The position numbers and the translations under genes were made by a program. A DNA stretch of 64,000 bases from the human T2T-CHM13v2.0 reference genome, Homo sapiens: NCBI RefSeq assembly GCF_009914755.1, contig NC_060937.1; one strand, 5' to 3'. Shown piece by piece: positions 25,335-38,115 of this stretch (position 1 is its first letter; each line of letters begins with the position of its first letter). Below the pieces are notes generated by a model. It saw only the letters and a list, made by a program, of their open reading frames with translations. It had not been told where the DNA came from and made no database searches.

Positions 25335-26223
25335 GCAGGGGGGCGGGGCTGAAAACTGTGCTATAAAGTACTTTTCCTCCTCAGTTGAGAATACATATTT
25401 TTAAATCCAGAACTCACATATTCCATAATAGTGAAAGGAAACAGGTCTGCCCCGCACCCTCCGCCTGAGTTGGGGCATCATGGAGTAAGAGAATGTTAAA
25501 GCTGAGGGCACTGCCACCAGGGATGAGCCAACCCACATCTTCAGTTCATGGATGGAGAGCAGGGGCCCCAGGAAGAAGAAGAGACTTTGCTCAGGCCATA
25601 GCACACGGTGACAGTGAGGTGAGGATGAGCTTTGGGGTCTTTCAACGTTCAGTCCAGGAGTCTAACTCTTCTTTTTCCCCTGTCGATATTTTCAAGTCAC
25701 CAATCATTCAGAGATTGTTTGTGTTTTCTCTGAAGACCTCCTCTTGGCAGACCACCTGCCTGCCCATCTCCGTCCAGGAGGCTGTGGGGCTGCGGCCCTC
25801 GGAGAAAGCTCCTGGTGTTCTGCTGGCTTCTGCCCCCAAGGCCTCCAGTGCAGTGGCCCACTCCTGCCACAAGCAGCACGCTTGCCCTGGTTTCCCTGCA
25901 GATCGGGGGCAGACTAGCAAGGCTGGTGCACAGCCCAGATCCACCCTTGCTGGCTGGACCTGCGTTCCCTAGAGCTGCTGGTAGAACTGTCCCCCTGCAG
26001 CCTGCTGTGTGGGCTGCTCCAGCTGTGTTCTTCCACCATGGAAGGGTCCCAGCCTCATGAGAGGCTGCCACCAATTTTCCCTCACTGTGGGCTACTGGGG
26101 GATTTCCCCAAACAGGTGCCTTGGGTCAGTGTCTGCTGTAAGAAGCAAGGCTCCTTCTCATATTTCCATCCCTGTGGCCATGGCCCATGACTTTATCACT
26201 ACCGCATATTTAGCACTTACATA

Positions 26224-26336
26224 TAGGATAACCAACTTGTCCCACGTTGCCTGGACTGCCCTGGTTTTACAACTGCAAATTCCCACATTCTGGGAGCTCC
26301 TCAGACCCAGCCAAACCAGATTTGTTGGTCACCCTA
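26224..26336 (-). mobile_element. MER81 (hAT-Blackjack MITE) nested in a MIR
   Basis: TIRs TAGGATAACCAAC/GTTGGTCACCCTA; 8-bp TSD CTTACATA/CTTACATG. Confidence 0.88.
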
Positions 26337-26535
26337 CTTACATGCTTTATAGACAATTTCAGGTCCTTTACATGCATATTCACAAATTCTCACAACCTGT
26401 GAGGCAGGTACTAATATTGTTCTTATTTAACAGATGAGAAAAATGATGCTTGTGGTGGTTAAGTAACATTCAATTTCATACAACTTGTGTCAAGGTCATT
26501 GTTCAAACCTCAAATCCATCCTCTTAATCACTGCT
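26337..26535 (-). mobile_element. MIR (interrupted by MER81)
   Basis: ctcacaacctgtgaggcaggtact...acagatgagaaaaatga. Confidence 0.75.
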
Positions 26536-27407
26536 CCAAAAGGTGCGCAGGCTGGGCCTTCTGGCTTCTTGAGGCTTGTAGCCACGAGAACACCCTCCCC
26601 GATTTAGGATCCAATGCCAGGATCCTCCATGTCCCCTTGATCGGAATCACAAGCCCTCCCAGGGAGGTGAGAGTGCAGAGCTTTCCAATGACTGTGGGCA
26701 AAGCCTGACCCTTCTACTATGAAACAGAGCTTACACCCCACTGTAGAGACGCTCTCCCCTCGGGCTTCTACTCCAAAAACTTAAACCTAACCATTATGTC
26801 ATCCTTTTCTTCAGTGAAATTCTAGTTCTGAAAACCCAGTTTCCCGCACTCTCCTCTAAGCGTCCATTCCCAGGGCAGACCCGCCCCTTTCTTCTCACCC
26901 TTGGGTCAAAGAGAGTAAAAGGAGACTAAGTGGGGTTTGAGAAGTTCTATTTTCCCTGCGGGTAACAGGAAAAAAAACAAAAAGCCACCGACACAGAGTC
27001 TCAGAAGTGACCATATAGAAGAAGCTGTCTTTATTAGGAAGGATGTCTCATTCAGTTTAGCATTAAAATAATCTGGCATCAGAATCTACATTTGAATAGT
27101 TCTCTACCATCTTCTAAATGCCTTTCTGGAGCTTTATTATCTCACTGAGTCCTCCCGATAGCCTTTTGGGGTAAATGTCATTATTTTGCCTATTTTTCAG
27201 AAAAAGAAACTGAGGTTTCCGTTGTGTTGAGGTTTTCAGAGTGGTTGAGTCACTTTTCCACAGCCCGTGTGTAGAGGGAGTCTGGATACAGAGATTTTGA
27301 AATCTTCTGGTAATAGATAGTACCCTAGAGAGAAATCTCCTTTCCCGTCACCCATCACCACCCCCTTAGAGGGCTGGTGTCTCATTGGTGGCCTCCCCAT
27401 GGGAGGA

Positions 27408-27483
27408 GATGATGTGGTACCTCTGTCACCCTATCAATCAGTGCCTGGATGATGTGGTACCTCTGTCACCCTATCAGTGCCTG
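27408..27483 (+). repeat. Two-copy tandem duplication (40 and 36 nt units)
   Basis: GATGATGTGGTACCTCTGTCACCCTATCA(ATCA)GTGCCTG twice. Confidence 0.95.
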
Positions 27484-28257
27484 GAAGAGTACTCCAGTGA
27501 ATGGAAAATAGTACTCATGCTACAGAAACTCGGCTTCACCCATAGTTTACCTCTACATCTCTCCTGTATATTTTCAGAAACTTACTTGGGGTTTCACAGA
27601 CAGGATTTACAGTCAAGACCACCTGGGGTAGTCCCTGAAGGAGGAAAGGCTTGTCTGGATTAAAAGTGAGAATGCTCTCAAATCCCACCCTAGTGGCACA
27701 CCTCATGGCAGGTGGAAGTGAGACAAGCTCTTCTCACCATGGCTTCCCTCCACCACCTCCTTTGTCAGAAGCTAAACAAGCCCTTCCAGCAAACGTTCTG
27801 GCTCTCAGAGGTTCTCTGCAGTTCCACAGATATCCTGGGCTGGGATCCAACAGGGGCCTGCTTAGTCATAGCCACAGGAGTCTTGGAACATAGCCCCCTT
27901 TTCAAAAAAGAAACCTCCTAAGTCTCCGGGGGGGGTCTCAGTTTCCACAGATGCAGCTCAGCCCTTTGCCTTTAGGGTTTCTTTACTGTCCTGTTAAATT
28001 GCAAATTCCCCTAGGAGTCTATTTAAAGCTCTTATCAGCCTTTTCACTTTAAGATAAATACAATACATTTCAGTCTTTCCTGAGGGTCTGATGGGAAAAT
28101 GAGAGGAGTCTGGACTGTGTACCTTCCCTACCAAAAGACAAATGAGTCTGGGAAGGGAGAGTGGAGAGGAGTAAAAGGCAACTGCACCTCCCACATGTTG
28201 AGGTTGCATCCTGGCTGCTGTGTGCGGCAGGTCTGCAGAGATATCCAGGAGGATGGC

Positions 28258-28700
28258 CCAGTCAGGGTTTTTGGTTTGCAAACAACCGAAAACTCACTGA
28301 GCTAAACTAAGCAGAAATGGGGCTTGTTAGAAGGCTACTGGCAAGAAGACTAGAGAACAGTTAGTCTGGGAAGCTGGGCACACAGCCAAGAACCCACCAA
28401 GGGGATGATCCAATTAGGAGCCAGTTCTGCAGTCACAGGAGGCCCCACGCCTCTGAAAACAGCCCTCCCTGCTGCTGCTGCTGCCTCCAGCCAGGACATA
28501 GTGCAGCAGAGAATTACCCCAAAAGAGGAAGGCCCGCGAGTGACAGGCAGCTCCCACCCATCTCACTCCCCACCTACTCCCTGCAAATGTCCCCTGCAGA
28601 CAAGATACAGAGAGGAATGGCTGCCCTTAGCTCTGTCTAACAGAAGAAGCTTCACTGAATAAACGTTTTGCTCTCCTACCAGATCAGATGGATTCTATTA
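28258..28700 (-). mobile_element. Very old MLT1 (L/M/N-like) LTR fragment
   Basis: agtcagggtttttggtttgcaaacaaccgaaaactcactgagctaaactaagcagaaa. Confidence 0.5.
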
Positions 28701-28724
28701 TACAATATCCCAATTCCACTGTAA

Positions 28725-28950
28725 GACCATAGAGATGGTAGAGATTTTGTATCAGGCCGATTTGAGCTGAAATCCTGTCTAAGCCACTTACTGGCTGTTT
28801 GATCTTGGATAAATGATTTAACTAATCAAGCCCTCAGTTTTCTCACCCATTACGTAGGCCGTCCATAAGTAGGTATGTCAAATCTCACAAAGTAGTTTGG
28901 AGGTGTTTTTAAGGAAATAGAAATATCAAACAGCTGGCCCAGAGCAGGAT
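28725..28950 (+). mobile_element. MIR
   Basis: gccacttactggctgtttgatcttggataaatgatttaac...cctcagttttctca. Confidence 0.75.
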
Positions 28951-30830
28951 TTTAATAAATGTGCTTGGCTTTCTCCTCCTTCTACCAAGTTTCCAAGTCA
29001 TCATTGGCCCATTATCTCCAACTTGGGGCACAGTGAGCACTGGGCTTGGCAGTGGCAGGCGTGTCTTTGTTGAATGGAGGAAGATATACTGAGCCCACAT
29101 CTGCATTTCTACAGCAGCAGGAGACTGGTATGTTAGATGTGGACCCAAATAGCACACAGGTAGGCCATATAACAACCTGATACACACATTGCCCGGGAGC
29201 CTGTGTGCTCCTGACTAACTCTGCCCATCCCCGCTAGCAGCCCCAACAGCTGAGGCACCCTGGTCCAAGTTCATGGCTCTGCAGAGCTGCCCATATAAAG
29301 CTGACCACGGAAAGGAAAAAAAGCAGAAACAAAGAAGAACAATGGACTTTTCCAGTCCAGTATTCATAACCATTTAGACCAAAGATGACATTTATATATT
29401 TTTAATTCAGAAAATATATTCTCTTCCCAAAGGAAAGAAATAGGGGGGTGCCTAGAGAAGACAGGAGGTGCCCTTTCACAGTCTCTTTACAGAATTAGAA
29501 TCTGAGCACAGCACAAGCAAATACAACCTCAAATAAGGCCCCTCAAAGTCCTTCCTAGCTGGAACAAGTTTGGAGGGCAAGCTGTCCAAAACCGTCATCT
29601 TATACTTGTCTTAGAGTTGAAAATGTGGTCATTGAACTCCAGTACCAAGTTAGGTGACATATTTACACATCTGCAGTTTTTAACAACCATTCTGGCTTCA
29701 AATATTCTGTGTAGTTGCTTCCAAAAACAAATATTTACCCTGGTTATAAATTTGGATTTGGAAAATGCAACCTGGTAAACATGGATCCACTGTGTCTGCC
29801 ATGGAAGGGGGATCATCAGTCCTGGCTTGAACAGTTGGGCTTGAAAATGACTCTTGTGAAGACTCACAGTGTGTCCTTCAGGAGCTAACAGGATGTGGGC
29901 ATGAACCACTCACCTTTGAGGACATTGCTTTCTTTGCGGACTCTAAGCTTAGGGCTTTTTTAAAAATACACACTTCATTTATGGAGACATTGGCAGTTAT
30001 TGGGTCCCTGTAAAAATTTTCCAGCAAAGGAATAAGCTTCTTGAAGCATCTGGTGGCAGTTTTCCTTTTGGTTTTGACTTCTTTCTTTCTCTTCTTGTTT
30101 TTTAAATTTCCACATGTAGCTTGCTGTGTCCTGTCATTGGGAATAAAGCCAGGGCGGTGAGGGTGTTGAGGAGCAAGTAGCAGCATGGAAACCCCTCCAC
30201 ACTGCAAAACCAAAGTTCAAATGTTCTGATCCCAGCAGGGCTGACAGCCATTCAGCTCCGACGGCATGGATAAGAGGAACTTGGACAAGGATTTGCTGTT
30301 TGGGCATCTACTGACTAAAGCTCTTTTGCAAGATTCTGTTATCTTCATGGACAATATTGTTACCCATTTCTTTAAGAAAATGTTCGTTTAGCAAAACTTC
30401 ACATACAAGTGCAAATTAGTTTACCCAATTACCCTTCATCAAGAACTATTTACTTAAGTCTTCTGTTTGCACCTTCTGCATAATTTATGCAGCTTTCATT
30501 TGAAATACAATTTAGAATTTAAGTATTTGATGAGGATGGCATCTTAAGGCGTGTTTACCAGGAATAATCATAGAAGCAAAATAAAGTGAATGGCAATTCT
30601 TTAAGTGGAGGCTAGAGCTTTGGATCCCCAGGCCAAGCGGTTTCACATGTGAGGCACTTTAATCCTGCTAGCCAGCATGTGGTTGCTTAGTAACTGTCCT
30701 TATCAGTGGTTCAGGGTTTCTTCTGATTGCCTTGTAAGAAGATAGCACCTTTGGTACCTTCTATCTCTTCCCTTAGAGATGCAATAAGAAATAATTTTGT
30801 AAAAGGTCACCCTCAAGAAATATACTTTCT

Positions 30831-30990
30831 AGCTGGGAATGGTGGTATGCACCTGTAGTCCCAACTACTAAGGAGGCTGAGGAGGGAAGATCACTTGAGC
30901 CCAGGAGTTCGAGGCTGCAGTGAGATATGATCACGCCACAGCACTCCTGCCTGGGCAATAGAGCTAGACCCTGTCACTAAAATATATATA
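30831..30990 (+). mobile_element. FRAM (free right Alu monomer)
   Basis: Single right monomer with flanking ATATACTTTC direct repeats; (TA)n tail. Confidence 0.85.
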
Positions 30991-31073
30991 TATACTTTCA
31001 TGTATAAGTACAACATCTAGCTAGCCAGCCAACAAAGTTAAAACATTTATAATAATTAGTGTTGAACTTAGAA

Positions 31074-31208
31074 CAGTGATTCTCAAACAATGGTATGCAA
31101 CAGAATCTCCCGGAGAATTCATAAAATACAAAGGCGCAGGTCCTATCCTATTTCAAAGAGTCTCAGCATTGTATTCTTTCCAACACACCCATGCTGGAGA
31201 ACCACTAC
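31074..31208. mobile_element. MER5A1-like MITE
   Basis: cagtgattctcaaac...ggagaaccacta TIRs. Confidence 0.65.
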
Positions 31209-31818
31209 TCGAGCCCACAAGCACTTGTTACAGGGCCCAATAGCTCTGTAGCCCAATAGCCCAATAGCTCCAAAATGTCCACCTGCTGAGGCCAATCAAA
31301 ATCAGATCAGTGCCTGACCATTCATGAGCAGTCCTAAGGAGACTGCTGCAGTGCTCCATTGCAACCATGGTCCCAGCCACCAAGAGGCTCCCAGAGAGGC
31401 TGAGTCAACTCACTTATCTGTGTGTGTACACAGATGGGCTCTGGCACTGATGTTTGGGTCGTCACTCTCAGAAGATAATTCTACGAGAAGATGAACATTA
31501 GAGACAGCAACCCAGGCCATACGAAAGGGAGAACAGTCTGAAGATGTCCTTCCTCTCAAGCTAGGATTTCAGTTAGCTAATAAAACTGACTGCATTCACT
31601 GGGCTGTGAGACACTGAAGTTCATTTCCATAAAAGCTGTTGTGCCATTTTCTTCTCTGGAGATCTTAGGAGTTCAGAAAGCCCTGTTTATGGAGTAAAGG
31701 GTGGGTCTGGCTGCACATATGTGACTTGAATTCTCTCAAGAGAGGACTGAGCCTGTTTCATGGAATGATTTAGAGCATTCCTCCACCCTGTCACACTGGG
31801 TCAAACAGGGACAATACT

Positions 31819-32258
<440 letters not shown>

Positions 32259-32769
32259 TCATCTGCCCTCTGACATGAAAAGCAAGTTGACAAATATTTT
32301 GCTTTTTTTTTTAAAAAAAAAGAGGTTTACTAAACTATGAGTTTAAGTAAAGTGCTTAGAAGACACAACGTATTCTTCCTTCTGTTGGAAAGACTCATGG
32401 AGCAGACACTTGCCCCAAAGTTCAATGTCCCAGGTAGAAGCATCTCTCAGCCTCCTTGACATCTTCACAAACCACAGGAAACTGAGTTCTGCAGAGTAGA
32501 TGACAAAGAAGGCGGAGTTCCCATCAATTCTTTTCAGAGATCTATTCTAGATTTCATTTGCACACATCCAGAAGCATCCTTGGCCACAGACTCACACTGA
32601 AATCAGAGCAAGAACCAGAACTCTGGAGGTTTAACTTTTACACAACAAAAATAAAGCTTTACAACAAAGTCTAAATGTGGCCATCTTGTGCAAGTAAATG
32701 ATAAACATTATCATTTGCTGTTTCACCCCAGAACAGAAAGGAAGACTGACAAACGGGAAGCTGCCCATC

Positions 32770-33015
32770 AAAATGCAGAAGGAATGGACTTCGGTTTATA
32801 CAGAGCTGAGTGTGAGATCTGGTTCCACCACTTGCCAGCCATGTGCCCTCAGGAAAAGTTGCTCAGCCTGTCCAGACCTTAGTTTCCTCATCCGTAAAAT
32901 GAGAAGAGTAAACCGATCTCCTTCATCAGGTTACTGGGAGGATTAAATTTAATGAGGTGTTTCTTGTAGCACAGCACTGCACAAAGAAAGTGCTCAGTAA
33001 GGCCAGCCATCATTT
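32770..33015 (+). mobile_element. MIR
   Basis: cttagtttcctcatccgtaaaatgaga core. Confidence 0.75.
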
Positions 33016-33899
33016 TGGATCTATATAGAAACAAGAGCAATCTACACTTTAAGTCATTGGGAATTTGGTGACTATAATGAGGAAAATGGTGGTGTGGGAG
33101 GTAGTGGATTATCCTACCTGTTATCTTTTTTAAAAAAATTGCATGGAGAACTGAATCGCATCTGAACTACATGCCCAGGATTGTCCTTGGCATTACTGGG
33201 GATATCAGTATGGCCGCTGTCCTAGAAGAAACTGCAATCTAATTGTACAGACAAAGTATACAATTGCCTGACTATATAGACAAAGAAACATCAAGTATAA
33301 ATCCAAATAATATATTCAGGGAAGAAAGCATGAGAGAAATGAGATCAGTGCAAGCTTGAAAAAAGCTTTTTGAAGGAGGTGGGGCCAGGGAGGGCCTTGA
33401 GTGATGGCAATTAAGATGCCTTGCGTCTCTGCTTACATCAGTCATTGTGGGAAACCCAAACTCCCAGCCCAGGCCAACCCCATCCTCTTTCCAGCACTGT
33501 CTACCCTTATGCTGACCCATTCTCACCCTCTTCCTAATCTACCAAGCCCTTCCCCTATGCCCGTGATCTCATGGTCTGAAACTGAAACCTAAACTCTGCT
33601 CTGTGAGTCCTTGTCACCTTCTCACTACAGCTACACCTAGCTCGGCCCTAGGTACCCTAGGACGGATTCTCCTCAGTCCTCTGAAGCAGTAGCCCTTTCT
33701 CCCACACATCCCCTAGTCACCCCAGGGCCAGCCTCCTCCTTGTCTCCTCCAGCCTCTCCACACAAACCTCCAGTGATTCTAACGTGCCTAGCGTCAGTCC
33801 AGAACTCCCCGTTGCAGTCGGGTGCAGACATGTCGCCATGCCGTAACTCCTTGAAGATTTTAGCACTGAGATGATTGTTACACTCTTCAACATTACTCA

Positions 33900-34806
33900 T
33901 GTGATAGACAGAAAAATGGCTCCCCAAAATGCCCACATCCTAATTCCTGGAACCTGTGAATATGTTATATGGTGCTATCGACTGAATTGTGTCCCCAGAA
34001 AATTCATATGTTGGGATCCTAAACCCCCAGTACCTCAGAATGGGAATGTATTTGGAGATAGGGCCCTTAAAGAGGTGATTACGTTAAAATGGAGCCGTGA
34101 ATCCAATCTCACTGGAGTCTTTATGAGAAGAGGAAATTTGGACACAAGAGACACCAGCGATGTGCACATGCAGGGAAAGGCCTTGTGAGGACACAGCAAG
34201 AAGGTGATCATCTGCAAGCCAAGGAGAGAGGCCTCAGAAGACATGAAACCTGACAACACCTTGATCTTGAACTTCCAGCCTCCAGAACGGTGGAAAATGA
34301 ATTTCTGTTGTTTAAGTTACCCAGTCTGTGGCATTTTGTGATGATAGTCCTAGAAAACTCATACACATGCAAAGGGAAACGGAAGTTGCAGATGGAATGA
34401 AGGTTGCTAAAGCCCTGGCTTTAAATAGGGAAAGGAGCCTGGCTTATGCCAGTGGGCCTGATGTCATCACAAAGGTCCTTCAAAGTTGGGGGGGAGATGC
34501 AGAAATGTCAGAGCGATACAAAGAGAGGGCTGAGCAGGTGGCACTGGCCTTGAAGAGGAAGGAAGAGACCATCAGCCAAGGGATGCAGGTGGCCTCTAAC
34601 AGCTGGAAAAGGCAAGGAAACAGATTCTCCCCTGAAGTCTCCTAGGGCCTCCAGAAAGGAGCCCAACCCCGCCAATACCTAGATTTCAATCCAGTGAAAC
34701 CTGCATTGGTCCTCTGTCCTAAAGAGGAGAAAGATCATGCATTTGCATAGTTTAACCTGCTAGGTTTGTGGTAATTTGTTAAAGCAGTCATAGGAAATGA
34801 ATATCA
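33900..34806 (+). mobile_element. MLT1D-like LTR split by MLT1B
   Basis: TGTGATAGACAGAAAAATGGCTCCCCAAA start; resumes at 34366 (ttgcagatggaatgaaggttgctaa); ends ttgtggtaatttgttaaagcagtcataggaaatgaatatca. Confidence 0.82.
33973..34365 (+). mobile_element. MLT1B solo LTR
   Basis: TGCTATCGACTGAATTGTGTCCCC...CTCATACA; degenerate TSD tatgg/catgc. Confidence 0.88.
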
Positions 34807-34809
34807 CTT

Positions 34810-35652
34810 TGTTCATAAACCCTGGAGATTTTAACATCCATGTAGAGTTAACAATCCATCCAATATCTTTAATTCTTTCAGGTCCCTGAGTCTCTCTCCT
34901 CCCAGGCCCTGCCACACTTATCTCAGACCCCACTCCCAGGATCTAGTCACTGCGTCTAATTGTAACTCATCCACTTGTGGGATCACTCTCCAATCTCCAC
35001 TTCTCTGATCTTTCTACCCACTCTCTGGGCTCCAATATCCAGACTCCAAAAGTCCTTCAGCTATACCTTCCTCTTGTGCATCCTCTCCCCACTTGAGCTG
35101 TCACTGGTTAGAAATACGATCATCTCTTACATGTGCTCTCCTCAGCTTTGCTCCTCTCTCCTCCTTGCACTCACATGGAAAAGCCAAACCCTGGAAAAAG
35201 CCCACTTCCCCACCTACTCTGTACTCTGTACCTTCACCCAAGCATCTGGCATGACTGGAGGAAAACACTTTATCAGGCTCATCTGTCTCCATTTAAATTC
35301 ACCAGTAAATCCTACCATATTCCCCTTCATTCATGCACTTCTTCTCCTGGATGAGTATTTCCCACCTGAACGATGAACCTGAGACATCACCTCTTACAGG
35401 AAGCCTTCCTTGACCCCTTCCTTGACCACACCAAGGCTGGATGAAATGACTCCTCGGGGCTTTTAAAATATTCTGTGCATATTTTGCACTCACCGCCTTG
35501 GATTGTAATTATCCACAGGCCTTATTACCACAGGATGGTAAGATCTCAAAGAGACCAGGCGCCTCTCCATGTTCTGCAGTCAACTCGGTGCCCAGCACAG
35601 AGTACGTACTCGGTAAATGCTTAATGAATGAATGAAGAAATGAATAAATGAG
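34810..35652 (+). mobile_element. L2 fragments including 3' end
   Basis: Pyrimidine-rich L2 body; ends gtaaatgcttaatgaatgaatgaa. Confidence 0.6.
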
Positions 35653-36689
35653 CCAACAAAGAAAGTGGAAGAAAAACACATCTAATAATCCAGATGACTT
35701 GTAAATTTATACGGGGTTTTACTTTTTAACCTCTGATCCACTTTTTCCCAAAAGAAGAAACCAGGGTGGCTGACTGTCTACCCAAGACCATTTAGTATCC
35801 TGGGGTAAACATCCTGAGGCAGACAGATATCTCCAATCTGAAACACAAAAACAAACAAACAAAAAAACAGATTCCAGTATAGATTTCCTTTGGAGATACC
35901 CTCAAATGTGGAATCATGAAATCTTAGAATCAGATGGGTCCTGCAGAGTCATTTAATTTCATGCTCTGAGCTTGTCCAGCCCAATCTGAGGACTAACCTG
36001 GGCTTCAGAGCAATATTGTTTGCTATTTTGGTTGATTTGTCATTATAATTATTTAGTTATTATAATTATTTTGAACCCAAATTGTTTAGAACATCAAAAA
36101 GACACAGGGAAAAAAATATTCACCTTAAAAGAAGCCAATGAAAATATTCACTTTTTTTTATTTGAAAAGTTAAGACAGAGCCAGAGGGCATGTAGAAAGG
36201 TATGAACCGAAGTCAGGAAATCAAGGCCTGTGGGGCTCCTGGGTGTGCTTGTGCAGAGAACTGACCCTTACTGAGTTTTTATCCCAGATGGTGGAGGTTA
36301 TTATACCTCCCTTCCCCACTCCCAGCAGCGACTGCATCAGGTAATGCCTGTAACCACACTGAGCTCCCTGGGGAGTGGGTATGAGCAGAAATCATACTGT
36401 TACAAATACTCCAACAACAGTGAGAAACCAATGATTTTCTGTAGTTTTTTTTTTTTAAAAAAAACCTTAAACCACATGATTTGACTTGGCCAAGTTGAGA
36501 CAAATGTCCCTCATGATTTGACCTGGCCAAGTTGTGAAAACTACAGCTGATCAACCTAATGCTTATGGGATAACAAATGGAAACCTCCAAATTTTGGCTG
36601 CTTCTTACTAGAACGAAAGTAAAATACAAAAATACAGAAGACACAGCTTCTCTGAGCCACATATTTGTGCTTTCCATGGTGAATATTTG

Positions 36690-37470
36690 TTGGTTTCATA
36701 AACATTTACACCACACCTACTAAGTGCCAGGCACAGTGCAGTACTGGGCCAAGATAGATCAAGATAACAAGTGGTAGTATCTGCTCTAGAGACCCTCACA
36801 GTTTGATGAGGGTGGGGAGACAGACATATAAACAAATCACTATAGTAAGCACAGCAAGCACTCCTAAAGAGGCACTATAGTAACATGAGTGCCATCTACC
36901 CATATGCCAGTTCCTCTTCCAGACAGAGACAAGTTGCCTTAGTCAATAAATATTACAGAAAATTATGGAGGCAGGAGCACTTAATTGCCAGTGTGAGATG
37001 CCACAGAGTCTTCATGTGACAATCTGGTGATTGTGGAAATATGAATTAAAACTAAGGTGCAATACTGAGCCAACATGAGGATCAGCTACTCAAGAGGGAC
37101 CCTCAAACCCACAGCAAACTTTGCATCAATGAGGAATACATCTTTGTTGTTCTAAAATTGTAAGACTTAAGGCATGTTTGTTACCCAGCTACCCTGACTA
37201 ATACAAGTATACAGTAAGAGCTTTGAGAATAAAGAGGAGGGAACTTGATGAAGTCAAATAAATATTCACAGTGAAGGTGACATTTGAGCTGAATGAAAGG
37301 GTGTGATGATGAGCAGTCTGGTGTGGCTGGAATGCATCTGTATAAAATGTGAGTTTTAATATTTAAAAACATTGAGGCTGAAGAGCAACGGAGGCCATGC
37401 TAAAAAGCCTGGGCTGGTTCCTATGAAAAAGAGTGGCTGAGGACCAGTGTGCATACGCAGGGAGACTTTG
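36690..37470 (-). mobile_element. L2 fragment, interrupted by a plus-strand MLT1 (about 36870-37205)
   Basis: cacctactaagtgccaggcacagtgc L2 motif; MLT1 end tgtttgttacccagctaccctgactaataca. Confidence 0.6.
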
Positions 37471-37587
37471 GGTAGTTCTCCAACAGAGCAAACTAATGTC
37501 TAGTCATTTAGTGAAAAAACAATTCTCTTAAAATTTTTCTTTTAAAACCTGTAATTTTATCAAGAAGGAAGTCTCAGTGTGATGCTC

Positions 37588-38110
37588 TGTGATGGTTAAT
37601 TTTTTCTGTCAACTTGACTGGGTTAAGGGATGCCCAGATAGCCAGTAAAACATTATTTCTGGGTGTGTCTGTGAAGGTGTTTCTGGCAGAGATTAGCATC
37701 TGACTTGATGCACTGAATAAGAAGATTTTGCCCTATGAATGTGGGTGGGCCTCATCCACTCTGTCAAAAGCCCAGAGAGAACAAAAAGCAGGAGGAAGGG
37801 CAAATTTGCTCTCTCTACCTAAGCTGAGACATCCACCTTCTCCGTTCTTGGACATTGGTGCTCCTGGTTCCTGGACCTTCAGAATCTAGGACTGATACCA
37901 GCAGTCCCCTGACCCCTCAGTTCTCAGGACTTCCAACTTGACTGAGAGTGACAACATCTACCCTGGTTCTCAGGCCTTCAGACTCAGACTGAATTACACC
38001 ACTGGCTTTTCTGGTTCTCCAGCTTACAAACAGAAGATTGTGAGACTTCTTGGCTCCTCTATTTTTATATATATCCTATCGGTTCTGTTTCTCTGCAGAG
38101 CCCTAATACA
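37588..38110 (+). mobile_element. MLT2B-type solo LTR (ERVL)
   Basis: TGTGATGGTTAAT...CTAATACA; perfect 5-bp TSD TGCTC. Confidence 0.92.
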
Positions 38111-38115
38111 TGCTC

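Noticed and set aside
27408-27483. Direct repeats as a CRISPR-like array
   Set aside because: Only two adjacent copies, no spacers, primate context
29595-30213. Two overlapping minus-strand ORFs as a processed pseudogene
   Set aside because: No recognisable parent protein, poly(A) tail or TSD
36288-36340. Possible 53-nt plus-strand exon (cccAG...CAG|GTAATG)
   Set aside because: Short pyrimidine tract with a competing upstream AG; such pairs arise by chance
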